The position numbers and the translations under genes are program-made. A stretch of 64,000 nt of DNA from Ranitomeya imitator (taxonomy: Eukaryota). This document shows, in pieces, positions 62,360 to 64,000 of the stretch (its first letter is position 1; every line of letters begins with the position of its first letter). The stretch lies in assembly GCF_032444005.1 (NCBI RefSeq), contig NC_091290.1:39866001-39930000 (forward strand). Direction: 5' to 3'. A model generated the notes under the pieces. That model was not told where the DNA came from. It ran no database searches and was given only the letters and a program-made list of their open reading frames with translations.

Positions 62360-63046
62360 AGCTGGAGTCACACATAACGATATCGTTAACGATATCGTTG
62401 CAACGTCACGCTTTTGGTAACGAAGCAATGATCCCGCTAACTATCTCGTTATGTGTGAAAGCGACCAACGATCAGGCCCCTGCTGGGAGATCGTTGATCG
62501 CTGGGGAATGATCAGGACCTTTTTTTGCTCGCTGATCACCCGCTGTCATCGCTGGATCGGCGTGTTACCATTGTAAAAGTTAAAAAAACAAAAACAAACA
62601 GTGCATACTCACATTCTGATGTCTGTGACGTCCCCCGGCGTCCACTGTGTCAGCGTCCGTAAAGCAGAGCACAGCGGTGACGTCACCGCTGTTACTGCCG
62701 GCGCTGACAGTCAGTGCAGGGAAACTCTCGGCAGCAGTGCGTGCATTAGCAGCGCTCTTGCCGAAAGCAGTTTTAACCCTGTGGATGCCTGCGGGGGACG
62801 TGACAGACATCGGAATGTGAGTATGTACTATTTTTTTTTTTTTACTTTTACAATGGTAACCAGGGTAAACATCGGGTTACTAAGCGCGGCCCTGCGCTTA
62901 GTAACCTGATGTTTACCCTGGTTACCGGCATCGTTGGTCGCTGGAGAGCTGTCTGTGTGACAGCTCTCCAGCGACCAAACAGCGACGCTGCAGCGATCCG
63001 GATCGTTGTCGGAATCGCTGCAGCGTCGCTTAGTGTGACGGTACCT
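62360..63046. mobile_element. AGG-terminus hairpin MITE family copy
   Basis: Right end GTGTGACGGTACCT followed by TTA; divergent left end AGCTGGAGTCACAC; one hairpin at 62855-62926. Confidence 0.8.
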
Positions 63047-63253
63047 TTAGGCTTTAGACCTTAAGATCGTTAGACTCTGGCAATGGCTTATCTCACCGAG
63101 ACGGGGCGTTGATCCAGAGAACTAGTCTGATTGCCATATGGAGTCAGGGAGGTATTTGTGCCCCGATATGGAGCTATTGGTGTCTGCCCAATAGGGGTTA
63201 TGACTTCCATTGGATCAACACGCTAGATTATAGGTTGAATTCGATGGACTTAA

Positions 63254-63566
63254 AGGGACTCTGTCACCTGAATTTGGAGGGAACAATCTTCAGCCATAGG
63301 GGGGGTTTTCGGGTGTTTGATTCACCCTTTCCTTACCCCCTGGCTGCATGCTGGCTGCAATATTGGACTGAAGTTCATTTTCTGTCCTTCATAGTACATG
63401 CCTGCACAAGGCAAGATTGCCTTGCGCAGGCGTGTACTACGGAGGACAGAGAATGAACTTCAATCCAATATTGCAGCAAGTGGGTAAGGAAAGGGTGAAT
63501 CAAACACCCGAAAACCCCCCCTATGGCTGAAGATTGTTCCCTCCAAATTCAGGTGACAGTGTCCCT
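63254..63566. mobile_element. T2/Kolobok-like fold-back MITE inserted in a CR1 3' UTR remnant (about 63095-63600)
   Basis: About 85-bp TIRs starting AGGGACTCTGTCACCTGAATTTGG, exact TTAA duplication. Confidence 0.88.
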
Positions 63567-63843
63567 TTAAGTCTACCTTCATCCTTAAAACTATGAAACA
63601 TAAGGAGTGCCTCTCCAAAATCGGACACGCCGGATCCTTGTCTTCCTCGATCTCTATTGTCAGAAGCCCCCATAAACATTCACATGATCTCAGTGGGTTG
63701 AACCGATGCCAATCTAAGATGTCCGGGGGCTTTTATTCTAGGCCGTTTTGGAAATACTTACTATATTGTTTCTTCTTTTTGATCAGGGACTAGATGTTTC
63801 ATATGAAGCGGACTCCCATCAATTCAGTTGAGACGCTGTGAAG

Positions 63844-64000
63844 ATGTCAACGAAAGCTCCCATCTATCTGAAGAGAGGATCCCGCAAAGGAAAGCTGAGA
63901 GATGTCCTGTCTCCCGACATGATAAGCCCTCCGCTCGGAGACTTCAGGCACACCATACACATCGGCAGCGGAGAAGGAGATGTTTTTGGAGACATTTCTT
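63844..64000 (+). CDS. CDC42EP2: Cdc42 effector protein 2 (Borg1), N-terminal part with CRIB motif; truncated by the window edge
   Basis: [52 protein letters not shown] matches the CDC42EP2 N-terminus and CRIB motif. Lies downstream of POLA2 as in mammals. Acceptor TCAG at 63783-63786. Confidence 0.92.
   Translation, partial: MSTKAPIYLKRGSRKGKLRDVLSPDMISPPLGDFRHTIHIGSGEGDVFGDIS

Overview
Vertebrate (anuran-like; the repeat families suggest a neobatrachian frog, inference only) genomic window with three host genes in a transposon-dense background. (1) The 5' half of an SLC22 organic-anion-transporter gene (OAT type, SLC22A6/SLC22A20-like) on the minus strand: 4 coding exons, running off the left edge. 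(2) A complete POLA2 gene (DNA polymerase alpha subunit B) on the plus strand: 18 coding exons summing to 1797 nt = 598 aa + stop with all splice phases consistent, a probable non-coding first exon, a U12-type intron after coding exon 3, and a 13.8-kb intron filled with nested DNA transposons. (3) The start of CDC42EP2 (CRIB domain) at the right edge, with a probable non-coding exon about 14 kb upstream. All the very long ORFs in the track except the CR1 RT ORF come from tandem repeats (42-bp, ~35-bp and 27-bp minisatellites). Most notable non-genic signals: Penelope-type hammerhead-ribozyme-like motifs with three different base pairs at core positions 3-8, including a fold-back element with one motif on each strand; the POLA2 promoter wedged between two GC minisatellites of opposite skew; a Helitron-like element carrying a 4.2-kb 27-bp array; a MITE family with internal 33-bp perfect hairpins; and multi-level nesting of transposons. 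One 140-N assembly gap. All calls were made by eye and family names are unverified by database search.
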